Of a DNA stretch of 64,000 nt, positions 49,499 to 64,000 are shown piece by piece (the stretch's first letter is position 1; each line of letters starts with the position of its first letter). This DNA is from Paraspadella gotoi (Eukaryota; Animalia; Chaetognatha), in assembly GCA_051294375.1 (NCBI GenBank), contig CM119270.1:17420893-17484892 (forward strand). The letters are read 5' to 3'. A program made the translations under genes and the position numbers. Below the pieces are notes generated by a model. The model was given only the letters and a program-made list of their open reading frames with translations. It was not told where the DNA came from and ran no database searches.

Positions 49499-52400
49499 TT
49501 AAGAGAAAGAGGAATAAAGAAAAAAGAAGGAAAGATTGAGAAAGAAAAAAAAAAGAAAAAAGAAGAATTTCTGCCTCCAGCAGAGAAGAAATGTTTCTTT
49601 GTTTTGTTCCTCTTTATCCGTTTTCTTTTTTCCTCAGACAATCAGTTATTTTTTTGCGGGGGGGTGCTGTGGGGGGGTGGGATGTTTTTTTCTCTTATTG
49701 CGCTCGTAATGTCTTAAATTAACATTGGATCGCGTAATCTCGATCCATGTAAACTTATTTTTATCTAATTTTTCCTTTTCTATGTAGAATTTCACTTTCC
49801 TTTAACTTTAATGTTTGGCAGGTTTTTTTTCAAAATTGGTTGGAAGAAAGAAAGAAACAAATAAGAGGAAAAGATAGAAAGAAAAACAAAAGAACGTAAA
49901 GGGAAAGAAAAAAAAAGGAAAGAAAGAAAGAAAAAAGAATAGAAATGTTACGAATGTGTTATTTTCAGATATTTGTCAAAGGAGAGAAGAGACAACGACA
50001 AAAGCAGATGAGAGAGAGACGAGATGAGAGAGAGAGATTAGAGGGAGCTGAGAAGAGGAGAGAGAGAGAGAATGACACGAGAGAGAGAGGAGAGAGAGAT
50101 CCTTATCAACGTCTTTTCATTTTTATGAATTTTTATGAAGACAGAAAAAGGAAGGAAAAATTCTTTCTTCGCGTCGGGATTGAATTGAGCGGAAACCTTG
50201 AGAACGACGACGATGACGATGGACGACCAGGACGGACGACGAGCGACGACACCGACGACTACGACGACGGGACGACAGATGATGAAAGGTTCGACGACAT
50301 CAGATGAGGATAAATGAATATTGTTGATTTTAAAATAAACTGATGAAATCGCGAATAAAAATGAAAACACAACGTGATGATGCATGACGATTAATCATGA
50401 TAATTATGATGATCATGATGATGATTATCCATTATAAAGATATGATTATGAATTAATGGAGATCGCATGATGACGATGATAATGATGATGATGACGATTT
50501 GATAACGATGCATGATGTCGTTCAAGTTCAAGTCGAGAAAGCCTCAAGTCAAGTCTCAGTCGAGATTAAAATGAGTAGAGAAAATGAATTAGAGAGCAGA
50601 AACTTGGTTACATTTGTAAACAAAATTCACAATAAAAAATATTTAAAATAATTTATTAGCGCGGGCAATTGGAATTTCTAAAGAATCTCAGGATCTTCCA
50701 CTCTAACAAGGACGAGTTAAAAAATAGCTTAAACATATAGCAAGATTAAAAAGATTATAAAAACAATTAATAGCAAGAATAAAAACCAACAATCCCCATT
50801 ATAACGATTGCAGATGTCAAAAATTATGTCTTTGGTCAAAATTTCGATCGAATTGTTTTGTGATAATAACTAGATATTCGGATTCAATTATCTTTAGAAT
50901 AGGTTCGCGGATATCTAGTCTCGGTTGTCGGGTGAATAGAGCTTGGACATTGGACAAATGGACCTTGGACAGCTGTGAGGTCTTTTTTTTTCCTTCTCGA
51001 GTCTCGAAGTCTCGATTTTAAGACAAACAATCTTCAGTCAGGAGTCTCCAAACCTAAGGTCCCTTAAAATACGGTAGGAATCATTTAGATTGCGTCTCGC
51101 CGACGACGACAACAACAACGACGTAAACCAAAGATAACGACGACGAGGAAAATGCTATGACGCGGACTACGATAACGACGACAATAATGACGACGATGTA
51201 TAATGACGAACGTTCACTTCCGGCGATAAGACGACGACGAGAAAAATTCGAGAAGAATTTTGATGAGACGGAACTCGTCGATTCGTCTCCGTCGGGACGA
51301 AAGAGCGAAGGGAGGGCGATAGGCGGAGGAAGGGAGGAAGGAGGAAGAGATACGAGAAGGGGAGAGATTAGAGGAAGGAGGAAAGAGAAGATGGAGAGTG
51401 GGAGAAAGAAGGAAGAAAAGGAAAGGAGAGAAAGAAGAAGAGATTAGAGTAAATAGAAAGAGATTATATGAAAAAAAGGAAAGAGGAAGATAGATGGAAA
51501 GAAGGGAGAAAAGCGGAAGCATAAATGGAAGGAGGAATGGAAAGAGTTGAAGATATAAATTTAAAAAGAGAAAAAAAATTTTAAAAACAGCGAGGTGCTC
51601 TTATTACAATATACCTCAGGGTTACCCCAAGGGCTACCGAGGTTAATAAGATTTTTTTGAGAAGATTTAACGAGTACTCCTAAAGCTAATCCTATTTAAG
51701 AATGATAAAACTTACCCCCAAGGTAAGAAAAAAAAAGGCGATCTTGCCATGGGGCTTCCCTAAATGCTAAAAAAAATTATATTCCTGGGGATACTACCTA
51801 TACCTAGTAAGCGTATTTGAAAGTTACATACGAAAATTTATAAAATGTTCAATTATGAACAACATACCATCAGTGAAATAATATATGTTAAAAAAAATTA
51901 ATTTTGATGTGTTTTAATTTTTTGCAGTGGCTATATTTATATATTAGTTACTATCCTTATAAAATCGAAAAATTTCAAAATATGCTTTTCTTAATTTTTG
52001 ATGTTGCAGATTTGAATTCCTCGTCAAATGATAAAGAAAATATTAATACATTTTTAAAGAATGTCTTTCATTAAGCGGGTTAAAATTAAAAAAACTACAT
52101 TTAATATATTAAAAAATTAATTTTCTTCAGTTTAAAATATAGCTCTTTCATAATTTTTTGACCCACTTAATGAAGAATTTTTTCAAAAAAGAGTTATATT
52201 TCTTTTTATTCAACTTTTTATGACGATCCAAATCTGCAAAAAAACTTTTTAGAAAAAAACGTTTTTTTGAAATTTTAATATTTATTGGATTGGCAGTACT
52301 ATATTAATATGGCCTACTGCGTTTAAATTGTAAAATTTATTATAATTTTTTTATTTTACATAAATGTTTATTTAGTTATAATGTATTGTTCATTCCTCAC

Positions 52401-55400
52401 TTTAGAATTTTAATTTAAGTTAAATTTAAAAATTTTACTTACGCCTTAATACCTACGGTATAAATTTTTTTTGCATGTCCCCAAAGGCCATCCCTTGTAT
52501 GACCCCCTGGGCCCCCTACGTTCTCCCCTCGCCGTCTGCCAGGGGGAAGGCTTTTAATCTTACGTTATACCTTGAATAAAAACAAAATAAAAAAGATTGA
52601 GAAAAAACTCCGCTGATTTAAAAACACATTGGGGAAAGGATGAAAAATATCGATAGGGAAATGAAAAATTTAAAAAAAAAAAAATAGACAAGAAAAGGGG
52701 AAAAAATAAGAAAGAAAAGAAAAAGGAAAAAAAAAGTCTTTTAAAAATTTTGAAAAAAGTTTTCAGTCGAAAAAACGAAAAGGAATGGAAATCTGAGGGA
52801 AAATAAAGCGACAGGAATTAAATTTGGACGCCAACAATTTTTTTTTCTTACAGAATCGATTCAGTAGATAGAAAAGACGGAAGATGTGAATGTGACTGCG
52901 TTGAAGTAAGCAGGAATTTTCAGAAGAGTGAATGTGACCTGCGTAGTAAGAGGAATTCAGAAGACGTGAATGTGACTGCGTGAGTAAAGGGAATTTCAGT
53001 AAGAGTGAAAGTGACTGCCGTGAGTAAGAAGGAATTTTCGAGAGTGAATCGTGACTGCTCCGTTGAGTAAGAGGAATTTCAGAAGAGTGAAGTGACTGCG
53101 TGAGTAAAGGAATTTCAGAAGAGTGAAAGTGACTGCGTGTTGAGTAAGAGGAATTTCAGAAGAGTGAATGTGACTTGCGTGAGAGTTAAGCAGAATTTCA
53201 GAGGAGTGGAATGTGACTGCTCGTGAGTAAGAGGAATTCAGAAGAGTGAATGTGACTGCGTGAGTAAGAGGAATTTCAGAAGAGTTGAATGTGACTGCGT
53301 GAGTAAGAGGAATTTCAGAAGGTTTGAAAGTGACTGCGTGAGTAAGAGGAATTTCAGAAGAGTGAATGTGACTGCGTGGAGTTAAGAGTTAATTCAGAAG
53401 AGTGAACTGTGACTGCGATGAGTAGAGAATTTCAGAAGAGTGATGTGACTGCGTGAGTAAGAGAATTTCAGAAGAGTGAAAAGTGACTGCGTGCAGTAGA
53501 GGAATTTTCAGAAGAGTGAATGTGACTGGCGTTGAGTAAGAGGAATTTCAGAAGATGGGAATGTGTTGACTGCGTGAGTTAAGGACGAATTTCAGAGAGT
53601 GAAAGTGACTGCGTGAGTAAGAGGAATTTCAGAAGAGTGAATGTGACTGCGTGAGTAGAGAGAATTTCAGAAGACGTGAATTGTGACTGCGTGATGGTAT
53701 AGAGGAATTCAGAAAGGAGTTGGATGTCTCAAGGGCCCGGTGCATTAAAAAAGCGATAAAATTGTGACGTATTGACTCAATTTTTTGTCGCAGTTGACAG
53801 TACGCTCTATGGCGTGTTGACGCACTCACCCGCCGCTATTAGACGGCTCCGTGAGTCATTGACTCACTCTCGGGCTCTTTAGGAGAGCTCCAAGACGCAT
53901 TAACTTTTTCACTCTTTGGGCGCATTGACTGCTTTGCTTGACTGCCTCTTTGACCACATGATGATCTCTGGCGGCCGCCGAAGGCCCAACCAGAATCTCA
54001 TTTTCGGTGCGTATGCATTTCATTTTTCATTTTTTCATTTTTCATTTTTCTTGTTTCTTCTCTATTAAAACAAAAACAAAAAATTAGTTGTGAATTAAAT
54101 AGAAGCGAAACAATAAGAGATAAACGATGATGAAGATGATGACTTTACTGTTGAAGATGATCGTTTGCTTGAGGAAGTTGGGGCACGAACTAGAAATGAG
54201 AGACAGAGTTGGGTTGTCCGAGGAATCGTAACCGGACCTACTGGACGTTGAACACAGACATTCATCCGACTTGTAAGGAGGAGATGAGATAAGCGAGGAG
54301 ATGGACGGAAAATGATGACAAGAAAAGATACAAAATGACTTTAAGAAAGAACTGAAAAACTAATATTAAAAAGGAAAGAAAGTTTGCAGAAGGCCAAGAA
54401 GGTAGTGAGGGAAATCGACAGTCGTCTGAAAAATGCGATGGGTAAAGAACAACATCAAAGAAACAGCGGTAAGAAGAACAACATCAAAGAACACAGTCTA
54501 GTAAAAAGAATAAAATCAAAGAACAAGCCGGTTAAAGAAACAGCCAAATGGTAACTGGGATGTGCAAGAATATAAAAGCAAGGACGAATACGAGAAGGAC
54601 AACAGCAAGATTAACAGCAAATGGCGATAGAAATTGAAGTACAGCGAAGGACGACAGTAAAGGAGAACAGCGAAAGGGACAAACAAATGGCACAACTGCC
54701 AAGTTCGACATCGAGGACACAAAGCGAGCGACTTTGTCGAAGGTTTTAATCCGTCTCACGAACGAAGCGTCCTTCTCACTGATGAGCTGAGATGAAGAAG
54801 GAAAGGAGATGAGAAAGTAAAGGAGAAAAAGAGGAAAAGGAAATGAAAGGAAAGGTCATGAAAAGAAATATAAAAAGAGGAAATAGTAGAAGAAAAAAAG
54901 AAATAAAAAGGGAGAGGAAAATTAAATAAATAAATGAAATGTAAAAAGAGACGGGAAGTCATGCCAATTGAGAATCAAAGAACAAAAATGAAACAGAAAA
55001 TCCGAAGAAAATATAAAATAAATGAAGAAAAAATGAAATTAAAAAAAAGAAGAAAAAAGAAATGAGAAAGAAAAAAAACCCAATAAAATGACAACGAATG
55101 AACTTGAAGGAAAATGAGACATTATCTCTTCAGACGTCGCATGAAGAGAAGCCACACGGTCTTTTATTTCTTTCTTTTATGTCCCTTTATTCGAGTTTTA
55201 TGTTATTTTTATCTTCTCCTCTTTTTATCGCTCTATATTCTCATTATTCCGATTTTTATTTGTTGTTTTTTTTTTCCGTTATTTATTTTCTTTCTTTCGC
55301 GTTTATTTTTGCATAAATGTCCAAATCGCCCAAGTTTGGTTTTATCGGATTGATATCGATTCCTTAATGAGATTTCTCTTATCGAACCTGGCAGATCTAT

Positions 55401-56175
55401 TTAAATTCCCAAACTTAATTAGATTAATGAAATCTGAAACGACATTTTGACATATAAATTAGCTTTCGGACCGGAACGCCTTCTTACCTTATCATAAATT
55501 ATAATTATATTTACCATGACTAACGCTTGGTACTTTTACTTCAGACGAGCATAACTTTTAAGTAATGTTCATCCTGACCTTCTGTGTGGACCGAAAATTC
55601 TCAGTCACGATCCTCGCTATTTCTTACCCTTCCCTCACCTTTTCCTTTCCGAACCCATCTCGTAAACAGAGGAGTCGGCAGCGCTGAAATATCTTTCGCT
55701 CGGTTGAGTTTACCGACCGCCGGACTTCCAGGCATTCGCAACGATGCCAAGGGACTTCCCTGTCCTTCCCCCTTACCGGGCCCCCTGCCTTACCACCGTG
55801 CGCGCTCCCATGCCTCGCTCCAACCACCTGGATCCCCCTTTTTCCCGCCTTTCTCCAATGCATCTTTCGCTAAAAATAAACCTTTCCACATCGCGAAATT
55901 TAAAAAAAAAAAAAAAGAAAATTTATTTTTCTTGATGCATTGTACCTAGCTATTAATATTATTTATTTTTAGTAAGAATGGCTATAGAAAAGCATGACAG
56001 AAAATATCCCAGTAAGAATAAACCATAGCGAGAAAAAAGTGAATGGCAATGGAAATGGACAAGAAAGAGAAGGAAATTGTTTTCTCTTTTGGCACAGGTC
56101 CGTTTCGCTCTGAATGGTTGTAGACAAAACGACCACAGAGGAGCCAAAAACATTTCATACGACTTCCACACCCGC

Positions 56176-56209
<34 letters not shown>

Positions 56210-59051
56210 CCCCGCCCCCAAACAACGGCGCGACCCACCTGTTCTCCGCCTGTTCGTCGCCTGACCGGAGCCCCGCTCGCTGACCGGAAATCTCGATCCT
56301 CCAAGGGAGAGAAGAAGGAGAAGGATGGACGACGCACCGACGACGACCGACGACGATCTGGGAGGAAGATGGGAGGACGACGACGAGGAAGGAAGAAGAA
56401 GAAGAAGGATCCTCTCCCGGCGCCGGACGCCCAGTTTTCTCAAAATGCGTCTCTTTCTTTGATCATCTCTTCTCGTTTCTTCGAAGACGGAGTTGCAGCG
56501 TCGCCGCTCGATCGCGGAGAAGGGAAGAGGGGCGAGGTTGGCGCGAAGACGGGGGAGGTTGGCGCGAAGACGACGAAGATTGGCGTGGAGGCGATCCGTG
56601 ACGCGTGGGAAAAAGTTTTGACGCGGAGGGATTGGAATCTTCGCCGATGGAAACCGAATCTCTCGACGACCTCCGACGCTCCAGCTCCCGACGGAATCGG
56701 CCGAGACCTTTTCCGGATTCCGGCAAGTCCTTTCCGCCCACGCTCCATCCCGGCGTTGGAGGATTTCCCGCTTCGCCGACGCTCCATCCAGTCGAAGGTT
56801 CGCCGTCGCCCGTTCGCCGCTTGGTTTCCCGCCGCCCGCCCTTGACTTGGAGACGCTTCCCGAGGGTTGGGAAATTTTGGTGAGGGATTCTCTGGAGGAT
56901 GAAGAAAGGGGAAGAGGAGGGGTGGGAGAGGGAGAAAAGAGAGCAGAGGGAGGAAGGAGGAGGAAAGGAGAAGGAAATTGAAAGGAAAAGGAAAGTAGAA
57001 GAAAAGGAGAGAAGAAGGAAGAAAAGGAAAGGACCAAAAAAAAAGGAAGAAGGAAATTTTGAAAGGAAAAGAAAAGTAGAAGAAAAGGAGAGAAGAAGGA
57101 AGAAAGGAAAAGGACAAAAAAAAAATGAAGAAGGAAAATTTGTAAAAAAAATGATAGAGAGAAAGAGGAAGAGGTCAAAGGTGAAAGAAAAAGTTCAATC
57201 GCAATTTCATAGAAGGAAAATACGAGACGAGAAAATAAGAACGGAAGTTAGATAAGAGTTTTTTAAACAAATGTTTTTGAACATTAATATTTAAACTAAA
57301 TTTCTGTTAAACTAAAAATTAAGTTAACTTGACTACAGAAAATAACATTCCCTTATTTCTTGGCCTCGGTACGGTCGCCTCAGAACGAACCTGTGTGGAG
57401 TCTGTTTTATTGGAATGTTCGAGCCGGCCCAATTCCTGTGAATATTATGATGGGGTTTTATATGATGTGTTGGCGGGAGAGGACGAGATGAGAGAGAGAG
57501 AGAGAGAGAGAGATGAGAGGAGAGAGAGAGAGAGACGCCGAAAATTGATTCACCTTGAGAGGACGCCGCCATTTTTTCTGACCTCGGTTCTGCGGCTCTT
57601 CGACCCTGGTTCGCTCCCTCCATTGATGTCAACGCGCCATTCCAACCGCCATTTCGTCCGCACATCTTGTCGCCATTTCCGTCCGCCATTTTGCCCCCCG
57701 CCCTCTGACGGGAGAGGACCAACGAAAGGAGAGGGAGGGAGACGAGAAGAAAGAGCAAGATAAATAAAAAGAAAAACCGATTTTTATATAAAAAAAATTG
57801 GAACGTTAATGAGAACGCTATCGGATTCGGAGGGCCTCCGCTATGTTGGAAGGAGAATAAGAAAATTCGAAGTCGAAAAATATAAATAGAAAGGCAAGGA
57901 GGGGGAAAGGAAAGAGGAGAGGAGAGAAGAAAGGGGGAGGAAAGGGAAAAGAGGAGAGGGAGAGAAAGAGATGGAGAGAGGAAAGGAAGAAAAGGAAAAG
58001 AGGAGAGGAAGGAAGGAAAGAGAGAAAGGAAAAAGGAAAGGGAAAAGAGGACGAGGGAGGAATGGAAAGAAGAGGAAAGGAGAAAAGGGAAAAGTTGAGT
58101 GGGAGGCAAGGAATGAAAGAAGAAAGGAAAGAAAGGAAAAAGAGGAGAGGGAGGAAAGAAAGAGAGAAAAAAGGAAGGAAGGAAAAAGAGAGAGGGAAGA
58201 AAGAAAGAGAGAAAAAGGAAAGGAAAGAAAGGGAGGAAAGGAAAGAAGATAAATAGAGGAAACGGAAAGAGAGAGTAAAAGGGAAAAGAAGGGAATGGCA
58301 AGGGAAAATAACAGTAAAGAGAAAAAAGAAGAGAGAAAATATTAAAGTATAAAAATAAATGGTTAGAAAAAAAAAACAAATAAAAAAAAGGTTAAGAGAA
58401 AAGGAATAAAGAAAAAGAAAAAGAAGGAAAGATTGAGAAAGAAAAAAAAAAGAAAAAAGAAGAATTTCTGCCTCCAGCAGAGAAAGAAATGTTTCTTTGT
58501 TTTGTTCCTCTTTTATTCCGTTTTCTTTTTTTGGGGGGAGGGAGGAGGATAAAGGAGGGGGGAGAGTGTTGGCATGGGAAGAAGGATTTTTTTTTTGTTG
58601 CNNNNNNNNNNNNNNNNNNNNNNNNNTTGATTTGGATTTTTTTTTAATTTCTCGTGTCATTTTCGACTTTTTCGATGTCATTTAAAACTTGACGATTGAC
58701 GTTTGTTTGTCTTGCTTCAATGTTTCCTTTCTCCGATCGGCCCCTGGCTCGTTATTTCCTGCCCAAGCGGTCGGGCGCCATCTATTTCTAGGAAAATGAC
58801 GACGACGGCGAAAAGCGTTTCCGGTCGATCGAAGCGACTCGGATGAAGTCGCCATTGAGTCTCGACGGCCGAGGAACGTCTCAAGGTTTTGACAGGGTTT
58901 TCAATGACTCGAAAAAATGAAGGTTGGGTGTTGTTACTATACGTTTTATTACAAGTTACGAAAATTGTATCCTCTTTTATTGCTTAAGTCTAAGATTCAA
59001 ATTTAGAAATATCGAAATCGGAGAAGAAAGGATGACATTATAACCGAAGTC

Positions 59052-61757
<2,706 letters not shown>

Positions 61758-62517
61758 AGGATCAAGGAAACATTGACTGACTAGAAAAAAGATTAAACAA
61801 ATAGAAAAAAAAAGTCAGGACTGGAGAGGGAAAACGTGTTGTAGAGTGTAATGTACATGAGGGATCAGAAAGGAAAAGGACCAAAATACAAAAGATGAGG
61901 CGAGATACTGGGAGAGAAAAAAAGAAAAGGGGGAAAAAAAAGGAATAAGAAAACTCATCGAAAAGTCAAACAAGGAAAGAGAAAACAAATGGCGAAACAA
62001 AGAATGAGACTCGTAAGTCAAACATTAGGGAAGAGAGAAAGGAGGAGGAAGAGGAAGAGAGAGGAGGAGGAAGGGGGAGGAAGGGGGGAGTAGGAGGAAG
62101 GAGGAGGGGAGAGGGGAGGAGGGGAGAAATAGGACGGAAGAGGAAAAAGAAAAAAAGGAGATTTCTTCAATTGAGAAATAGAGGAGAGAGTTGAGAGAGA
62201 GACGAGAGATGAGAGAGAGAGCAGGAGAGAGTGAGAGGAGGATGAGAGACGATTTAGCAAGAGAAAACTTGGACTTAAAAAAAGAGAGAAATAATGGAAA
62301 AGAGAAGTAAAGAGAAAAATGGAAAATAAATAAAAAAGAAAAAAATGAAGAAGACAGAGAAATAAGAAAATAACGAGAATAAAGCGACAAAGCGAATGAC
62401 AATGAGAAAGAAACGGGGTCATTGTCCTCATCCATTGAGGACAACGATTGTCCTTCAAAAATTCTCATTAATCTTTTCTTTTCTTTCGTCCTTCGGTTTT
62501 CAAGAAGATGACGACAC

Positions 62518-62562
<45 letters not shown>

Positions 62563-63105
62563 CGACACGGATCCGATTCATATCACCATTTCATCACCAG
62601 ATCATCACAATTTCACAAACAGTTCATAACCTTTTCACCACTATCTAATCATCATTTCATCACTATTTTATAACCAATTAAAAAATAAATGAGTTGATCT
62701 GGCGCGACAACCACAGTCAACCCGGCGAGATGACTCAATTTTCTCAACACTTAATCACCAGTTCATTACCATTTCATAATCATTTCATTACCATTTCATC
62801 ACTATTTTATCAGTATTTCATTACAATTGTATCAACATTTTCTTGATATTTCTTCACCGTTTTATCAACATTTTATAACCATATCTTTTACCAAACCTCA
62901 AACCACCATCTTCATTCATCCCACCTCTCACCAGCGCCACCCTCTCACCACCCACCACCCTCTCACCACCTGTCATCTCTCTCCACCCCTACATTTGCAT
63001 CACCCCTACATTTGCACCAAACACCACCCACTCATAACCCACCACCCATTCACTACCCACCAACCATCTCATCAACCTCTCACCACCACCCACCAACCCT
63101 CTCAC

Positions 63106-63183
63106 CCCAATTCTTGATGGCGATGATCTTCTGCATCAACGGTTCCCCGGGGACAAACAGTTCGTCGAGGAAGTTGACCCCAA

Positions 63184-63220
<37 letters not shown>

Positions 63221-63599
63221 TCCCGTCGTCGCTTCGTCCATCTGATATTCGTCATCGGCCAAAGCGAAGGAATCGTCGGCCAAATAGTCGTTGTTGTTGT
63301 CCTCGTTGTTGTTGTCGTTTTCATCGAAGAAATCTCTGTAGTTGTCGTCCAACGAGATGTCAAGATGATTGTTGTCGTTGTTGTTGTTGTCGCCATTCCA
63401 CCAACGCGATTCTCTCTCTCGGTGCCGCAATCTGTCCCATTCGCGGCGCCACTCGCGCCAGGTGCGACGCTGCAGGCGCCGACCCGTCGAGCGGCGCGAT
63501 TCTAGTCGACGCCGGGAGGATAAGCGGCGTCGCGAGGAATCAGCGTCGGATTCCGGCGTCGAAGATTTTCGATTCGTCGGTTGAAGATCGACGCCGAAT
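63106..63599 (-). CDS. Internal exon with an Arg/Trp-rich block followed by an Asp/Asn-rich block
   Basis: Acceptor TCTCTTCCCTCTTCAG and donor G|GTGAGA. Open frame FGVDLQPTNRKSSTPESDADSSRRRLSSRRR...TWREWRREWDRLRHRERESRWW...DDDD...FLDELFVPGEPLMQKIIAIKNW. Confidence 0.6.
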
Positions 63600-64000
63600 C
63601 TGAAGAGGGAAGAGAAGTATTTTTAATTACATTTACATTACTAGATTAATGAATAAGTGTTTACAAAATAGCTGGAGAACATAATGCTCGTAAATATTTA
63701 TGAAATTGGTACAACCAAAATAAAAATTATCCATTCATTTCATGAATAAGCTATCTTGCCCCTGACTTTGGACAGGCTTTGGTGGTTTAAGGCCTCCATC
63801 ACTCTTACAAGATAATGACATAGCAGGTCCTTACAAGCTTTCAATCAAGACTCTCTCAGTCTCGTTTATTTGCTCCCTGAGTACCTGGCTTCCCTATCAA
63901 TGAAGTGGTAAAATTTTTCAAAGAATGTTTCAATTGTATGAAAAAACCACTCCCTTAGGTATTAGATCGGAGAATATTATATTGTACTCTGCCCAGCATC

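Larger units (their letters stand above)
37436..58530. repeat. Tandem segmental duplication (unit 1 ~37436-49631, unit 2 ~49632-58530) with an extra internal duplication (~40230-42605 vs ~42631-45565)
   Basis: Collinear matches of all landmarks (GAC/GAT tracts, 38-bp satellite, exons, purine tracts). Many scattered indels in the noisier copies. Confidence 0.9.

Noticed and set aside
40460-53715. 38-bp repeat arrays as CRISPR
   Set aside because: Units are head-to-tail with no unique spacers, there are no cas genes and the context is eukaryotic; this is a satellite.

Overview
AT-rich, intron- and microsatellite-rich invertebrate (metazoan) genomic DNA from a noisy, gap-filled long-read assembly, with many homopolymer indels and several ~25-N gaps. 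(1) A plus-strand gene (10.4-31.5 kb) encodes a type II membrane protein: short cytoplasmic tail, one TM helix, a ~500-aa glycosylated coiled-coil stalk with strict 18-residue periodicity, and a C-terminal globular domain of an uncharacterised invertebrate family. (2) Its second intron holds a ~4.9-kb-arm inverted repeat. Each arm is a chimeric Ty3/Gypsy element (211-bp LTR, tRNA-Trp-type PBS, gag start, RT/RNase H/integrase) carrying a pseudogenised copy of this gene's own exon 2. The LTR also has a 14-nt complement to the tRNA-Trp T-arm, suggesting a bipartite primer-binding site. (3) A minus-strand coiled-coil gene (exons at 1.6-6.7 kb, probably also 35.4 kb) may contain gene 1 within an intron. 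(4) Other mobile DNA: Helentron/DINE-1-like HINEs, tRNA-derived SINEs (one with a twister-ribozyme-like motif), a Penelope-like fragment with a minimal hammerhead ribozyme, a second hammerhead, a degenerate LTR-type RT fragment and a TTAA-flanked Kolobok-like element. (5) An ~9-12-kb tandem duplication (37.4-58.5 kb) with a 38-bp satellite and minus-strand exons. Much of the duplication could be assembly redundancy and needs read-level checking.
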